Counted from the first letter of the stretch, positions 40,615 through 51,482 are shown. The stretch: 64,000 nt of DNA from Nitrospiraceae bacterium (GCA_020356065.1 CP070632.1:141262-205261); one strand, 5' to 3'. A program made the numbers and translations. The notes: generated by a model not told the origin, from the sequence alone.

Positions 40615-41307
40615 ATGGAAACCATTATCAAACCTCCCAATATAAATTCAACAGGCATCCGGGCTTTTTTCACATCAAGACATTTTTGCAAATCTCATGC
40701 AAGTATAAAAGAAGCGCTCCTTAACGAATCCGGATGTGATAAAGATAAGGTTTACCTTCCGGTGCAAAAACATACAAATAATGTCCATGTTCTTGATTTA
40801 CATTTTAATCCTGTAGTGGCTGACGCAGTTATCACAAAGAGAACTGATGTATTAATCGGTGTGATTGTTGCAGATTGCGTACCTGTCCTTATTTATGACC
40901 GGGCCAGAAAAGTCATTGGAGCTGTACACGCAGGCTGGAGAGGGACAGCAGACGGAATACTCCCGCATGCATTACTGAAGATGAACAATTTATTTAACTC
41001 CCGTCCTGACAATGTTCTCGTCGCAATTGGACCAAGCATAGGAAAATGCAGTTATGAGGTTAACACTGATGTTAAAGATGCAGTTGAAAATAAAACTGGA
41101 AAGGGAAACTATTATGAGATGAGGGGAGATAAGTTCATGATGGACCTCGCAGAGGCAAACAGAATTCAGGCACTAAACTCCGGAGTATCCGAACTCAACA
41201 TCTGGAAGTCAGATGAATGCACGTTCTGCAACCCTGATAAGTTTTATTCATATAGATACGCAAAAGAAACCGACGGGAGACAGGGTGGTTTTATCGGAAT
41301 GTGGTAA
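40615..41307 (+). CDS. pgeF: YfiH/PgeF family protein
   Basis: QKHT, ADCVPVL, HAGWRG, GPSIGKCSYEV, YSYR. Confidence 0.93.
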   Translation: METIIKPPNINSTGIRAFFTSRHFCKSHASIKEALLNESGCDKDKVYLPVQKHTNNVHVLDLHFNPVVADAVITKRTDVLIGVIVADCVPVLIYDRARKVIGAVHAGWRGTADGILPHALLKMNNLFNSRPDNVLVAIGPSIGKCSYEVNTDVKDAVENKTGKGNYYEMRGDKFMMDLAEANRIQALNSGVSELNIWKSDECTFCNPDKFYSYRYAKETDGRQGGFIGMW

Positions 41308-41341
41308 TATATCGGAATAATCATAACATTTTGGAGGTCAA

Positions 41342-41788
41342 ATGCTTAAAGCCAGAGATATAATGACAAGGGATGTAATAACGGCAACGAATGAAACCAC
41401 TATCGAGGAACTCGCAAGACTTCTTATCGAACATAAAATCAGCGGAGTGCCGGTTATTGATGATAACAAGAACTTAATCGGAATAGTCACTGAAAATGAC
41501 CTCATAAAAAAGAACAAACGTTTTCATATACCTACCATCGTTCGCCTGTTTGATGCGTATTTCCTTCTCGATTCGGGTAAAGTTGAAGATGAAATAAAGA
41601 AAATGGTAGCTACTACTGTCGGTGAGATCTGCACTAGAAAGGTCCAGTCAATATCAGAAGATACCACACTCGAGGAAATCGCCACGATAATGGCGGAAAA
41701 GCATATACATCTTCTGCCCGTGTTAAAAGATGAGAAAGTTGTGGGGATAGTAGGCAAAGCTGATGTGGTCAGGTCCATGACAGGATGA
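41342..41788 (+). CDS. CBS-domain protein
   Basis: Tandem CBS (ISGVPV..GIVTENDL; LPV..GIVGKAD). Confidence 0.92.
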   Translation: MLKARDIMTRDVITATNETTIEELARLLIEHKISGVPVIDDNKNLIGIVTENDLIKKNKRFHIPTIVRLFDAYFLLDSGKVEDEIKKMVATTVGEICTRKVQSISEDTTLEEIATIMAEKHIHLLPVLKDEKVVGIVGKADVVRSMTG

Positions 41789-42204
41789 GGCTTCAGAGTA
41801 AGAACGAGAGCGAAACAATACAGTTCGGTCAGCGCCTGGGAAAGAAACTTAAACCCGGAGACATTGTCTGTCTGTACGGAGAGCTTGGCGCAGGTAAAAC
41901 TACAGTTACCAAAGGGATTGCATCCGCATTTGGCATAAAGGAACGGGACATAACAAGTGCCAGTTTCACCATAATCGCGGAATATGATAATGACATTCCC
42001 TTCTATCATATCGATCTTTACAGGATATTGAATGGAGAGACCCGGGAACTGGGGCTTCATGAATATTTCAGACCGGACTGTGTATCAGTGATAGAGTGGG
42101 CTGAGAAAGCTGACAATGAAATTCCGGACACTCCTATAAAAGTGAGACTCAAACATGCGGGAGATGATATGAGGGAAATAGAGCTGGAAGGTCTGGAATT
42201 ATGA
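41785..42204 (+). CDS. tsaE: tRNA threonylcarbamoyladenosine ATPase
   Basis: GELGAGKT, HIDLYR, IEWAE. Confidence 0.95.
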   Translation: MRLQSKNESETIQFGQRLGKKLKPGDIVCLYGELGAGKTTVTKGIASAFGIKERDITSASFTIIAEYDNDIPFYHIDLYRILNGETRELGLHEYFRPDCVSVIEWAEKADNEIPDTPIKVRLKHAGDDMREIELEGLEL

Positions 42205-43046
42205 AACGTATCGGCATTATCGTTAAAAGGGAAGAGCCGGCAACTGTCAGGGCTATCAGAGAGCTGATAAAATTATTTCAGGGAAAGGACGTCAAATTTT
42301 TTATTGAATCTGAAGCGGCCGCAGCCCTGAAAATGAAGGGATATTCCAGGAAGAGCATTCCTTCCAGATCAGATATTATTATCGTGTTTGGGGGAGACGG
42401 CACCGTCCTGAGCGCTGCACGACACATAGGTGACAGGGGAATCCCTGTTTTAGGAATTAATATGGGAGGCCTCGGGTTTATTACAGAGCTGAGAAAAAAT
42501 GAAGTACGCAAAAATATAAATATGATTTTTTCCGATGACTGCTGCTATGAAGAAAGAATCATGCTGCTTGCAGATGTGTACAGGGGAAGAAAAAGAATCA
42601 TTCAACATAACGCTCTTAATGATGTGGTTCTTAACAAGAGCGCCCTTGCGAGGATGTTTAATCTGGATATTGATATCAATAAACAGCATGTGACTACATT
42701 CAGACTCGATGGATTAATTATTTCATCGCCCACCGGCTCCACAGCTCACTCACTGTCAGCAGGCGGTCCCATTCTGTATCCCACTCTCGAAACTTTTTTA
42801 ATGACGCCCATATGTCCGCATTCACTTACCAGCAGACCCATAGTATTGCCGGATACATTTACCATCGATATTCATGTTCGGGATGGAGATGATGTATATT
42901 TGACCCTGGATGGCCAGGAAGGTTTTCCGTTAAAAGTTAAAGACAGAATAAGGGTCAGAAAAGCTGATTACAAGATAAAGTTTCTTGTTCTCCGGGACAG
43001 GGACTACTTCAAACTGTTACGAACTAAACTCAAATGGGGCGAATAA
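42201..43046 (+). CDS. nadK: NAD kinase
   Basis: GGDGT, ALND, DGLIISSPTGSTAHSLSAGGP. Confidence 0.96.
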   Translation: MKRIGIIVKREEPATVRAIRELIKLFQGKDVKFFIESEAAAALKMKGYSRKSIPSRSDIIIVFGGDGTVLSAARHIGDRGIPVLGINMGGLGFITELRKNEVRKNINMIFSDDCCYEERIMLLADVYRGRKRIIQHNALNDVVLNKSALARMFNLDIDINKQHVTTFRLDGLIISSPTGSTAHSLSAGGPILYPTLETFLMTPICPHSLTSRPIVLPDTFTIDIHVRDGDDVYLTLDGQEGFPLKVKDRIRVRKADYKIKFLVLRDRDYFKLLRTKLKWGE

Positions 43047-43063
43047 TTTCTAGATCCGGGGAA

Positions 43064-43801
43064 ATGGATAACAGGGAAGTTACAGAAGAACTGATTAAGG
43101 CGCTCGAAGTGTATGAAGAACTCGGATTTACATTTCTTCCCCTGAAACGTGACCGCATCTTTAATCTCATGCAGAGCAGGCCTGTCTATGCTGTTGCTGA
43201 ATCACGCGAAGGCACGATATCAGAACCTGATCATATCATGTCCAGGGACAATGCCCGGGCATTGCAAGAGTTGAGGGAGGAACTAGGAGAATGCACAAGA
43301 TGCAAACTTCACAAGGAGAGAAAAAATATCGTTTATGGTGAAGGATCATCTGATGCCCGCCTTATGTTTATCGGCGAAGGCCCTGGCAGAGATGAGGACA
43401 TGCAGGCCCGCCCCTTTGTTGGTGAGGCAGGCAAGCTTCTTACGAGGCTGATAGAAAAAATGGGCATGAAGCGAGAGAATGTGTATATTGCAAATATCGT
43501 AAAATGCAGGCCGCCTTATAACAGGGACCCTGAAGAGAATGAAATAGCCGCCTGCAAACCATTTGTGGAAAGACAGATAGAGATAATCAAGCCTAAAGTC
43601 ATCATGAGTCTGGGAAGGGTCTCCGCACAATCCATACTTGGCATGAAAATGCCTATCAGCAGAATGCGGGGGAATTTTTTCAGCTTTCATGATATTGCGC
43701 TTATGCCAACTTTTCATCCTGCTTACCTGCTGAGAAATCCTAAAGACAAATGGCTAGTCTGGGACGACGCTCAAAAGGTGCTGGAAAAACTTAAAGATTG
43801 A
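43064..43801 (+). CDS. Uracil-DNA glycosylase, family 4
   Basis: CTRCKL, IGEGPG, PFVGEAG, KCRPP.NRDP, TFHPAYLLR; likely start ATG 43064. Confidence 0.93.
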   Translation: MDNREVTEELIKALEVYEELGFTFLPLKRDRIFNLMQSRPVYAVAESREGTISEPDHIMSRDNARALQELREELGECTRCKLHKERKNIVYGEGSSDARLMFIGEGPGRDEDMQARPFVGEAGKLLTRLIEKMGMKRENVYIANIVKCRPPYNRDPEENEIAACKPFVERQIEIIKPKVIMSLGRVSAQSILGMKMPISRMRGNFFSFHDIALMPTFHPAYLLRNPKDKWLVWDDAQKVLEKLKD

Positions 43802-43813
43802 GGCGGAGGTTTT

Positions 43814-44317
43814 ATGAAGCGGTTATGGGCCCCATGGAGGATGGAGTATATACTTGATGATAACAAGCACGACACCTGTCTGTTCTGCGATGTATCAAAA
43901 ACAGAAAAGAGCACGGTTAATAAAACAAGGGACAAAAAAAATCTGATCCTTCACAGATCAAAAAAATGTTTTGTCATGTTGAACAAGTATCCGTACAACA
44001 GCGGACATGTAATGGTCGTCCCGTATTTTCATACTTCTTCTTTTGATGGACTTGACGATGATGTTCTTTTTGATCTTATCAAGAATGTGGAAAGGTCAAC
44101 AGGACTCCTAAAACAGGTACTCAATCCTGACGGGTTTAATATGGGGCTGAATTTCGGTAAGGTTGCAGGCGCCGGAATGGAATCTCATATGCATATTCAT
44201 GTGGTACCGCGCTGGACAGGTGACACCGACAGCATGCCTATTATTGCAGAAACAAGGGTCATGCCTGAACATCTTATAAAGACATACAATAAACTGGTCA
44301 GGGTCTTTGCAAAGTAG
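43814..44317 (+). CDS. HIT family hydrolase
   Basis: LWAPWRMEY, CLFC, NKYPYNSGH, HMHIHVVPRW. Confidence 0.93.
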   Translation: MKRLWAPWRMEYILDDNKHDTCLFCDVSKTEKSTVNKTRDKKNLILHRSKKCFVMLNKYPYNSGHVMVVPYFHTSSFDGLDDDVLFDLIKNVERSTGLLKQVLNPDGFNMGLNFGKVAGAGMESHMHIHVVPRWTGDTDSMPIIAETRVMPEHLIKTYNKLVRVFAK

Positions 44318-44589
44318 TAATTGCGAGCGGTTATTCTATTCACTTCTTATCATGAGATACTTACATTAATTATTCTCGATTCCTTTCATTATGCCTGTAT
44401 CTCAAAGAAACATTATCAAAATTAATTCCGTGTACAAATTCTACAGTGCAACACAGAATTACCATAACATATTGTTTTTTAAGGTTTTATATGCATAGAT
44501 ATATCACCGATCATATTATTTAGTTCAAAATAGCATTCGTGCATTAGTTATGTTATACTTATTAGTTACATGTCCGGAGGATCAATACT

Positions 44590-46020
44590 ATGAAAGAAAA
44601 AGATGTATTCGATGAGTTAATCGAGATAGGTAAGAAGCGCGGCATGCTTACTTATGATGAAATCAATGATGCTCTTCCATCGGAATTTTTTACTCCTGAT
44701 GAAATCGAAGAGTTAATGGATCTCCTGAGCGATATGGGAGTAAAAATAGTGGACAGCGATGAGTCCGCCCCACTGGAAGAAGTCGCAACTCCCGAATATG
44801 AAAAAACCGAAGACCTGGTTCAGGCATATTTCCATTCAATGGGAGACATCTCCATCCTTACCAAAAGTGAGGAAGTCGAACTTGCCAAGAAACTTGAAGA
44901 GGGCAAGGAAATTATTGGAGAGATTATCAGGCCCCTCGCTTTGACTAAACGGATCGAAAAAGATCTTGTCGAAAACGAAGAGAATCAGGATATGGAAGAA
45001 GACGAAAAAACAAACTATATCCTGGATTCCACCCTGTTCAGACTGGATACGATGGTTGAAGTTATCAATGATTTCAATGATGAGATTTCTCTTTACGGGG
45101 AGTCGCTTGGTGAATTAAAAGTTCTTATCAAGTATGAAAAAAACAAAAAACGAGTACGAAGCGCCGTGCTGGCTGACATGGAAGAACTGGCAGAAAGGGC
45201 TCAATCTGTCTTTAAGAGAGTAGAGGCCGAAGTAGGGATCAAGACTGATCAGCTCATTTCAATGTGGGAGCGAATCAGCAGGGTGCAGGCGTTTGTGCTT
45301 GAGGCAAAAAATGAACTTATAACGCGTAACCTCCGGCTTGTTGTAAACATTGCGAAAAACTATGTAGGCAGGGGACTGCCCCTCCTTGACCTCATTCAGG
45401 AAGGCAATATTGGACTGATGAAGGCTGTTGACAAATTCAAACATGAAAAAGGGTTCAAATTCAGTACGTATGCAACATGGTGGATAAGACAGGCCATAAC
45501 AAGGGCGCTCATCGATCAGACCAAGACTATCAGGGTGCCGGTCCATATGATGGAATTTTATAACAGGGTCACAAAAGCCTCCAGGGAACTGACCCAGGAA
45601 CTGGGCAGAGAACCCACGGATGAAGAAATAGCAAAGAAACTCATCGTACCAACGAAAAAAGTTGAAGAGGTTTTCAGGGCAATTCAGGACCCGATTGCAC
45701 TTCAAACACCTGTTGGAGATGAAGACACTGAACTGGAAGATTTTATTGGTGACAAGAACAGCCCCTCACCTTATACAGATGCCGAAAATAATGAAATATC
45801 CGGCTATATTAAGAAGGTACTCGGCACTCTTACCCCGAAAGAAGAAAAAGTCATCAGGATGAGATTCGGTATTGGCGTTGACAGAGACCACACCCTTGAA
45901 GAAGTGGGAAGGCACCTGACAATTACCAGGGAAAGAGTACGGCAGATAGAGGCCAAGGCCTTAAGGAAACTGAAACATCCGAGCAGGTTAAAGGCACTTA
46001 AGGCTCTGGTAAGCACATAA
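44590..46020 (+). CDS. rpoD: Group 1-type RNA polymerase sigma factor
   Basis: Region 1.1 (LTYDEINDAL), NLRLVV, DLIQEGNIGLMKAVDKF, STYATWWIRQAITRA, TRERVRQIEAKALRKL. Confidence 0.85.
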   Translation: MKEKDVFDELIEIGKKRGMLTYDEINDALPSEFFTPDEIEELMDLLSDMGVKIVDSDESAPLEEVATPEYEKTEDLVQAYFHSMGDISILTKSEEVELAKKLEEGKEIIGEIIRPLALTKRIEKDLVENEENQDMEEDEKTNYILDSTLFRLDTMVEVINDFNDEISLYGESLGELKVLIKYEKNKKRVRSAVLADMEELAERAQSVFKRVEAEVGIKTDQLISMWERISRVQAFVLEAKNELITRNLRLVVNIAKNYVGRGLPLLDLIQEGNIGLMKAVDKFKHEKGFKFSTYATWWIRQAITRALIDQTKTIRVPVHMMEFYNRVTKASRELTQELGREPTDEEIAKKLIVPTKKVEEVFRAIQDPIALQTPVGDEDTELEDFIGDKNSPSPYTDAENNEISGYIKKVLGTLTPKEEKVIRMRFGIGVDRDHTLEEVGRHLTITRERVRQIEAKALRKLKHPSRLKALKALVST

Positions 46021-46354
46021 TTTGGAAAGATGCAAAGGCCTGAAAGACAATAATAGCTGTATTTGAATCATCCTGTTTGATTCAGCGCTCCGGCCGTATC
46101 AGGACTTATCCTGTAATACCATATTAACGATACGTGAGTTAAACTGTACATATCTGTAGTAAGGGATAATTGCATATAATCAATCATGGCTGTATAATAC
46201 TGAATTGGTAACACGGTGCTATTTGGACCATTGGTGAGACTCGTGTACTGCCTGAAACGCAATAATGACAAAATAATTGCCAATATGACATTCTCCATTA
46301 GTTGCCTTTAGAGGCAACTTACTATTTTTAAAAAATAATTGAAATATGAAATTA

Positions 46355-46370
46355 TGGCATGAGATTTGCT
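46355..46370 (+). promoter_or_regulatory. sigma54 (-24/-12) promoter
   Basis: TGGCATGagatTTGCT, close to consensus TGGCACG-N4-TTGCW, 65 nt before ATG 46436. Confidence 0.72.
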
Positions 46371-46435
46371 TTTGTATTAATGATTCAATTTTTTATACAT
46401 AATTAACAAATAAGTTTCAACATTCCGGGGTAGGG

Positions 46436-48100
46436 ATGAAAGAAAAACAAAAAAACACGACAGGCTTGTCATCTCCATGTGCGCTTCATTACGCAAATAG
46501 GGAGAATGCGATTGCATTTTTTATGAGGAATGGTGGCATCAGTAGCAAAAATATCCATTACGGAAACGCTGTAATAGTTGCTTCTGGTATCGTTCTGTTA
46601 ATCATAATATTACTGTTATCATCCGCCTCTGCCCAGCAATGCACAGATAATGATCGGGACGGGTTTTTTAAGGAAGGCGGCTTGTGTGGTGCTACGGACT
46701 GTGATGATAATGATCGTAGCGTTCATCCCGGGGCACTGAAATTGTGCGATGGCAAAGACAGTAACTGTGATGGAAAACGTGATTTCCCAACTGATGTTGA
46801 TAATGATCTCGATGGGGTACCGTGGTGTGCCGGTGACTGTAATGATAATCATCCGGACATCTCCCCTCTTGTGCAGGAAGGTCCATATGCAAGTCTTACC
46901 TGCAGTGACGGAATCGATAACGATTGTGACAACACGATCGATCTGAATGATACGGAATGCGAACAACCGTGCGTGGATAAAGACGGTGACGGTTTTGGAT
47001 ATCCCGGCAGAATAACCTGTGATAATGGTCCCCGGCCTGACTGTAATGACAATGATGCCAGTATACATCCGGACGCAGACGATAATAGCTGCAATAATAT
47101 TGATGAAAACTGTGATGGGTATTATGATGAAGGCTACATAAAGAGTGTTACTGCCTGTGGTGTCGGAACATGCTCAGCCACCGGTTCTCTAATATGTTCA
47201 GACGGTATCGAACTTGATACCTGCACTCCGGGAATAGCTCTGGCAGAAGGACCGCATGGGGATCTGACATGTAATGACAATATTGATAATGATTGTGACG
47301 GAATGACCGATTCAATCGACACGAACTGTATAGAACCATGCCAAGATAATGACAATGACGGATATGGAAGTCCGGGGAATATTCTCTGTTCCAATGGACC
47401 GGTAAGCGACTGTAATGACAATGATGCCAGCATACGTCCGAATGCAGAAGATAATAACTGCAATAATATTGATGAAAACTGTGATGGGTATTATGATGAA
47501 GGTTATGTAATCAGCGTTACTACATGTGGTCAGGGAATATGCTCGTCTTCCGGATTATTGGTATGTTCTGACGGTGTTGAAATTGATACCTGCTCCCCTG
47601 GAGCGGTTCAATCTGAAGGACCTGCAGGCAATCCCACCTGTTCTGACAATATTGATAATGACTGTGATGGTATAACTGATTCAAATGACACAAACTGCCT
47701 GGCACCGTGCATTGATAATGATGGAGATGGATACGGGAGCCCGGGTAATATTACCTGTCCAAACGGTCCTGTTGCTGATTGTAATGATCAGGACCCGGCC
47801 ATTAATGCTCATGATATTTCATATTGTGACCCGTCAACCAGTAATTGCGATAGTATTACTCTATCCTGGACGTCACCTGTACAAAATATGGACGGATCTG
47901 AGTTAACCGATCTTGCAGGCTATAAAATTTATTTCGGAGAATACTCAAATATCTATACTGATGTCATTGATATCGGAAACAGCACATGTTTTAAGGCGTA
48001 CATTCAGTCCCAGGCGCAGTCGTGTTTCTCGATAACCGCCTATGATACTCTCGGAAATGAAAGTGAATATTCCAATGAGGCGTGCTACTTAATCAATTAA
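46436..48100 (+). CDS. Exported Cys/Asp-rich repeat protein (MopE-like putative metal-binding motifs) with C-terminal FN3-like domain
   Basis: Repeated DxDxDG...DCNDND..I.P...C.(D/N).IDNDCDG; signal-like TM ending SASA; TLSW.SP..N.DGS.LTDLAGYKIY...AYD..GNES. Confidence 0.85.
   Translation: MKEKQKNTTGLSSPCALHYANRENAIAFFMRNGGISSKNIHYGNAVIVASGIVLLIIILLLSSASAQQCTDNDRDGFFKEGGLCGATDCDDNDRSVHPGALKLCDGKDSNCDGKRDFPTDVDNDLDGVPWCAGDCNDNHPDISPLVQEGPYASLTCSDGIDNDCDNTIDLNDTECEQPCVDKDGDGFGYPGRITCDNGPRPDCNDNDASIHPDADDNSCNNIDENCDGYYDEGYIKSVTACGVGTCSATGSLICSDGIELDTCTPGIALAEGPHGDLTCNDNIDNDCDGMTDSIDTNCIEPCQDNDNDGYGSPGNILCSNGPVSDCNDNDASIRPNAEDNNCNNIDENCDGYYDEGYVISVTTCGQGICSSSGLLVCSDGVEIDTCSPGAVQSEGPAGNPTCSDNIDNDCDGITDSNDTNCLAPCIDNDGDGYGSPGNITCPNGPVADCNDQDPAINAHDISYCDPSTSNCDSITLSWTSPVQNMDGSELTDLAGYKIYFGEYSNIYTDVIDIGNSTCFKAYIQSQAQSCFSITAYDTLGNESEYSNEACYLIN
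47042..47790 (+). repeat. Intragenic tandem duplication, 369-bp (123-aa) unit
   Basis: tgtaatgacaatgatgccag at 47042 and 47411; aataatattgatgaaaactgtgatgggtattatgatgaagg identical in both units. Confidence 0.85.
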
Positions 48101-48105
48101 CCAGA

Positions 48106-49074
48106 TTAGTTAGCCCATGTGGAGCCTACTGTTATCTCATTCTTACTGTCAGTGATAACAGCTCCTGCTGTCGTGTTTCTGAGTGAAATGATTTGCATAT
48201 TTCCGATAGGCCTTCTCACCGGTGTATCTGTATAAATCAGGAAGGCATCCCCGATCATAAGTCCATCTTCTTTACCTTTGTCAAGGAATATGATATTTCC
48301 GGGTCTCAAAAGCTTCAGGTTCATATGTGATTCCACGATATACCCTGAGTTATCCGGAGTCCTTGGATTTTCTGTAACCGGAGGAAGTTCAATCTCATTA
48401 AATGGAATAAGTCCATCACCTACATGCACGTTCTCAAAGGATTCCAGCACGAGCGCCTTTTTTTGACCATCGTCATCACCCACCACCTTTATAATTCCAG
48501 AAACTCTGATCTGGTGTCCAAGTTCGTCATTTGATTCAGGATGATGAACTATCTTGATTTCTCTGATAACGAGATACTGTGTATCGATGTCAGCATTGTC
48601 CTGAGTATTGATATACACCATTTCATGCTGACCAACCATGGTTCTTCCGGTCTCAGTAGAAACGATTTCTCCCTGACCGGGATATGTATCATCAATCCAT
48701 CCGCTGGCCAGATAGAGATTCCGGTCCACCAGAAACTTTTGCTTTTCTATTTTCGGTACAACGACAGCTGCAGCCTTTTTCCTGCGTTTCTTTACAATAC
48801 GGGCCTTTTCAGGCGGTATCGTCATTCGCATTAATTCTTCCCTTGAAGGAATGATAATACTGGATCCTGGATAAATTCGGTCCGGATTTTCGATCTGGGG
48901 ATTTACATTCCAAAGTTTAGGCCAGAGAAAGTTATCTTCCAGCTCCGAGTCTGAAATGTCCCAGAGGGTGTCTCCTTTCTGAATGATATATTCTCGTGAT
49001 GCTTGATCTTCTGCTCTGACAACAGAGATTGCGAATAATAATACAACGACAAAGGGAAAGAAGGTTTTTTTCAT
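48106..49074 (-). CDS. LysM-domain periplasmic protein
   Basis: Signal peptide; YIIQKGDTLWDIS...WPKLW..NPQIENPDRIYPG. Confidence 0.9.
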   Translation of the reverse strand: MKKTFFPFVVVLLFAISVVRAEDQASREYIIQKGDTLWDISDSELEDNFLWPKLWNVNPQIENPDRIYPGSSIIIPSREELMRMTIPPEKARIVKKRRKKAAAVVVPKIEKQKFLVDRNLYLASGWIDDTYPGQGEIVSTETGRTMVGQHEMVYINTQDNADIDTQYLVIREIKIVHHPESNDELGHQIRVSGIIKVVGDDDGQKKALVLESFENVHVGDGLIPFNEIELPPVTENPRTPDNSGYIVESHMNLKLLRPGNIIFLDKGKEDGLMIGDAFLIYTDTPVRRPIGNMQIISLRNTTAGAVITDSKNEITVGSTWAN

Positions 49075-49230
49075 CGTAATACCCCCGAAATTGATATGTA
49101 ATATTTCATAATAGTATATACATTAACACAATAAAAAAAATAAATTATGTGACCGCGTTTACATCTATATTCTGATTGACTGCCAGACCATTTTACGTGA
49201 ATAAAGGCTAAAAAAGCCACTAATCTATGT

Positions 49231-50436
49231 CTATGTTCTATATTCGGCATTTATTGCAATATACTTTTCTGTAAGGTCGCATGAAATTGCCCTGACCATT
49301 TTATCGCCCGCACCAAGGTCGACAGTTATGACGACTGTTTTATCCTGAAGGCCCCTGGCGGCCTGTTTCTGTTTATTTGTACCGGCACCCTTGCTCACAA
49401 CCTTGACTCTGCCTATATATATATCGATCTTATTCTCACGTATCTTTACCCCTGAATACCCCACAGCTGCCATAATTCTGCCCCAGTTCGGATCATTTCC
49501 ATAAACCGCAGTCTTAACCAGCATAGAGCCGGAAATGGCTCGGGCTACCCTGTCTGCATCAGCCACAGACCGTGCTCCCTTTATAACAACCTCGATAAGC
49601 TTTGTAGCGCCCTCTCCGTCCCGGGCTATCATTTTGGCAAGATCATACGTAATTTCCTGTAATGCATTTTTAAATGCTTCGTCGTCTGCCGACCCTGCAG
49701 TAATTGCATCATTACCGAGCATTCCGTTTGCCATGACAAATACCGAGTCATTTGTACTCATATCATTGTCAACAGTGAGCCTGTTAAATGACCGGTTAAC
49801 AGCATCGTTAAGATCATGCTCCAGCAATCTGTGACTAATTGAAATGTCAGTGAGAATATAACAGAGCATTGTTGCCATGTTCGGGCATATCATGCCCGCA
49901 CCTTTTGCAATACCTGCTATCGTCCCTGTCTTGCTGCCTATCTTTACTTTTTTTCTTATCGCCTTAGGGAAGCTGTCTGTTGTCATGATTGCGTCAGCAG
50001 CGTCCGTCAAAGAATACGGGGACAGCTTCCGAACTAGTCCAGGAATAGACTGTCTGATTTTGTTAATCGGTAGCTGTTCGCCAATTACCCCCGTAGATGA
50101 AACCTGTACCAGATCCGGAGATATGCCCAGTTTTTCCGCTGTTGCAACTATCATGGCGTTTGCATTTTTCAGACCCTCCTGGCCTGTACAGGCATTTGCA
50201 TTTCCACTGTTTATAATTATTGCCTGACATTTTTTCCGGCCGTTAAGTCTTTTAATGGCCAGCTTCACAGGGGCGGCCTTGATGTTATTTGTCGTGAATA
50301 ATCCGACTGTTACTGACGGGACTTCAGAAAATACGAGGGCGAGGTCCTTTTTCCCGGTTTTCTTTATTCCTGAACATATGCCCGCAAACAGGAAACCGTT
50401 GACTTTGATATTGCGATAGACAGGGGCTTTTTTCAT
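49231..50436 (-). CDS. argJ: Bifunctional ornithine acetyltransferase / N-acetylglutamate synthase
   Basis: NSGNANACTG, STGVIG, IMTTD, KGAGMICPNMATML, DGEGATK, DPNWGR. Confidence 0.97.
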   Translation of the reverse strand: MKKAPVYRNIKVNGFLFAGICSGIKKTGKKDLALVFSEVPSVTVGLFTTNNIKAAPVKLAIKRLNGRKKCQAIIINSGNANACTGQEGLKNANAMIVATAEKLGISPDLVQVSSTGVIGEQLPINKIRQSIPGLVRKLSPYSLTDAADAIMTTDSFPKAIRKKVKIGSKTGTIAGIAKGAGMICPNMATMLCYILTDISISHRLLEHDLNDAVNRSFNRLTVDNDMSTNDSVFVMANGMLGNDAITAGSADDEAFKNALQEITYDLAKMIARDGEGATKLIEVVIKGARSVADADRVARAISGSMLVKTAVYGNDPNWGRIMAAVGYSGVKIRENKIDIYIGRVKVVSKGAGTNKQKQAARGLQDKTVVITVDLGAGDKMVRAISCDLTEKYIAINAEYRT

Positions 50437-51482
50437 CAGGGAGTCGGAGAGGAAGTCATAAGCCCTGCAGTCTCTTCAAGGCCATACATTATGTTCATGT
50501 TTTGGACCGCTGATCCGGAAGCTCCCTTTATTAGATTATCTATTGCACTGACAACGATAAGAGAATATCCTTTACCCGAACGATTATCAAGAAAGACAGA
50601 TATATCACAGAAGTTAGTGCCCTTCACAGCTTTTGTCAGAGGATAATCACCGTTTTTCAATACCCTCACAAAAGGCTCCTTTTTATAGTACTCCCTGAAG
50701 TGTTCCTGAATTTCAGAAAGTTTCATTCTTTCTTTTAATCTTACATATATGGTACTTAATATTCCCCGGTCCATAGGGATAAGATGGGGTGTAAAGATTA
50801 TCCGAACTTTATTCTTTGAAAGAGTGCTCAACTCCTGTTCGATTTCAGGGGTATGCCTGTGGACCGATATTCCGTACGCCCTGACAGACTCATTGACCTC
50901 ACAAAACATAAAAGGCTGGGCAGGATTGCGTCCTGCACCTGAAGTCCCGGACTTGGAGTCCACTATGATCGAATCAGTGTCAACATAATCCCGGCCCATT
51001 ACTGGTGCAAGCCCCAGAATAGCACTTGTTGGATAACATCCGGGATTGGCTATAATGAACGCTTTCTTGATCATGTCCCTGTTTATTTCAGGAAGCCCGT
51101 AAACAGCTTTTCGAAGAAGTGCTGAAAACAGATGAGGTGTTTTATACCATGATTCATATATCTTAGAGCTATTCAGCCTGTAGTCTGCAGAGAGGTCTAT
51201 TACTTTTTTTCCGGCCTTATGCAAATCAGCAACTATCTTCTGTGAAGTTTTGTGGGGGAGACACAGAAAGAAAAGATCAGCTCTGGCGGTAAGGTCCTGA
51301 AGATTCAAGGATTCAAATGTTAAACCGGTATTGCGGAACTGCAGAAATGTATCAGAGACCGGCGTTCCTGAAAAACGTTCTGATGTGACTGCAGTTACCT
51401 TAACATCAGGATGTCCCAAAAGAAGCCTTAAAAGTTCACTACCTGTATACCCGCTTCCTCCTATAAGTGCAACATGTATCAT
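50436..51482 (-). CDS. argC: N-acetyl-gamma-glutamyl-phosphate reductase
   Basis: GGSGYTG, DLSADYR, ANPGCYPT, SGTSGAG, HRHTPEI, DNLIKGASG. Confidence 0.97.
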   Translation of the reverse strand: MIHVALIGGSGYTGSELLRLLLGHPDVKVTAVTSERFSGTPVSDTFLQFRNTGLTFESLNLQDLTARADLFFLCLPHKTSQKIVADLHKAGKKVIDLSADYRLNSSKIYESWYKTPHLFSALLRKAVYGLPEINRDMIKKAFIIANPGCYPTSAILGLAPVMGRDYVDTDSIIVDSKSGTSGAGRNPAQPFMFCEVNESVRAYGISVHRHTPEIEQELSTLSKNKVRIIFTPHLIPMDRGILSTIYVRLKERMKLSEIQEHFREYYKKEPFVRVLKNGDYPLTKAVKGTNFCDISVFLDNRSGKGYSLIVVSAIDNLIKGASGSAVQNMNIMYGLEETAGLMTSSPTP

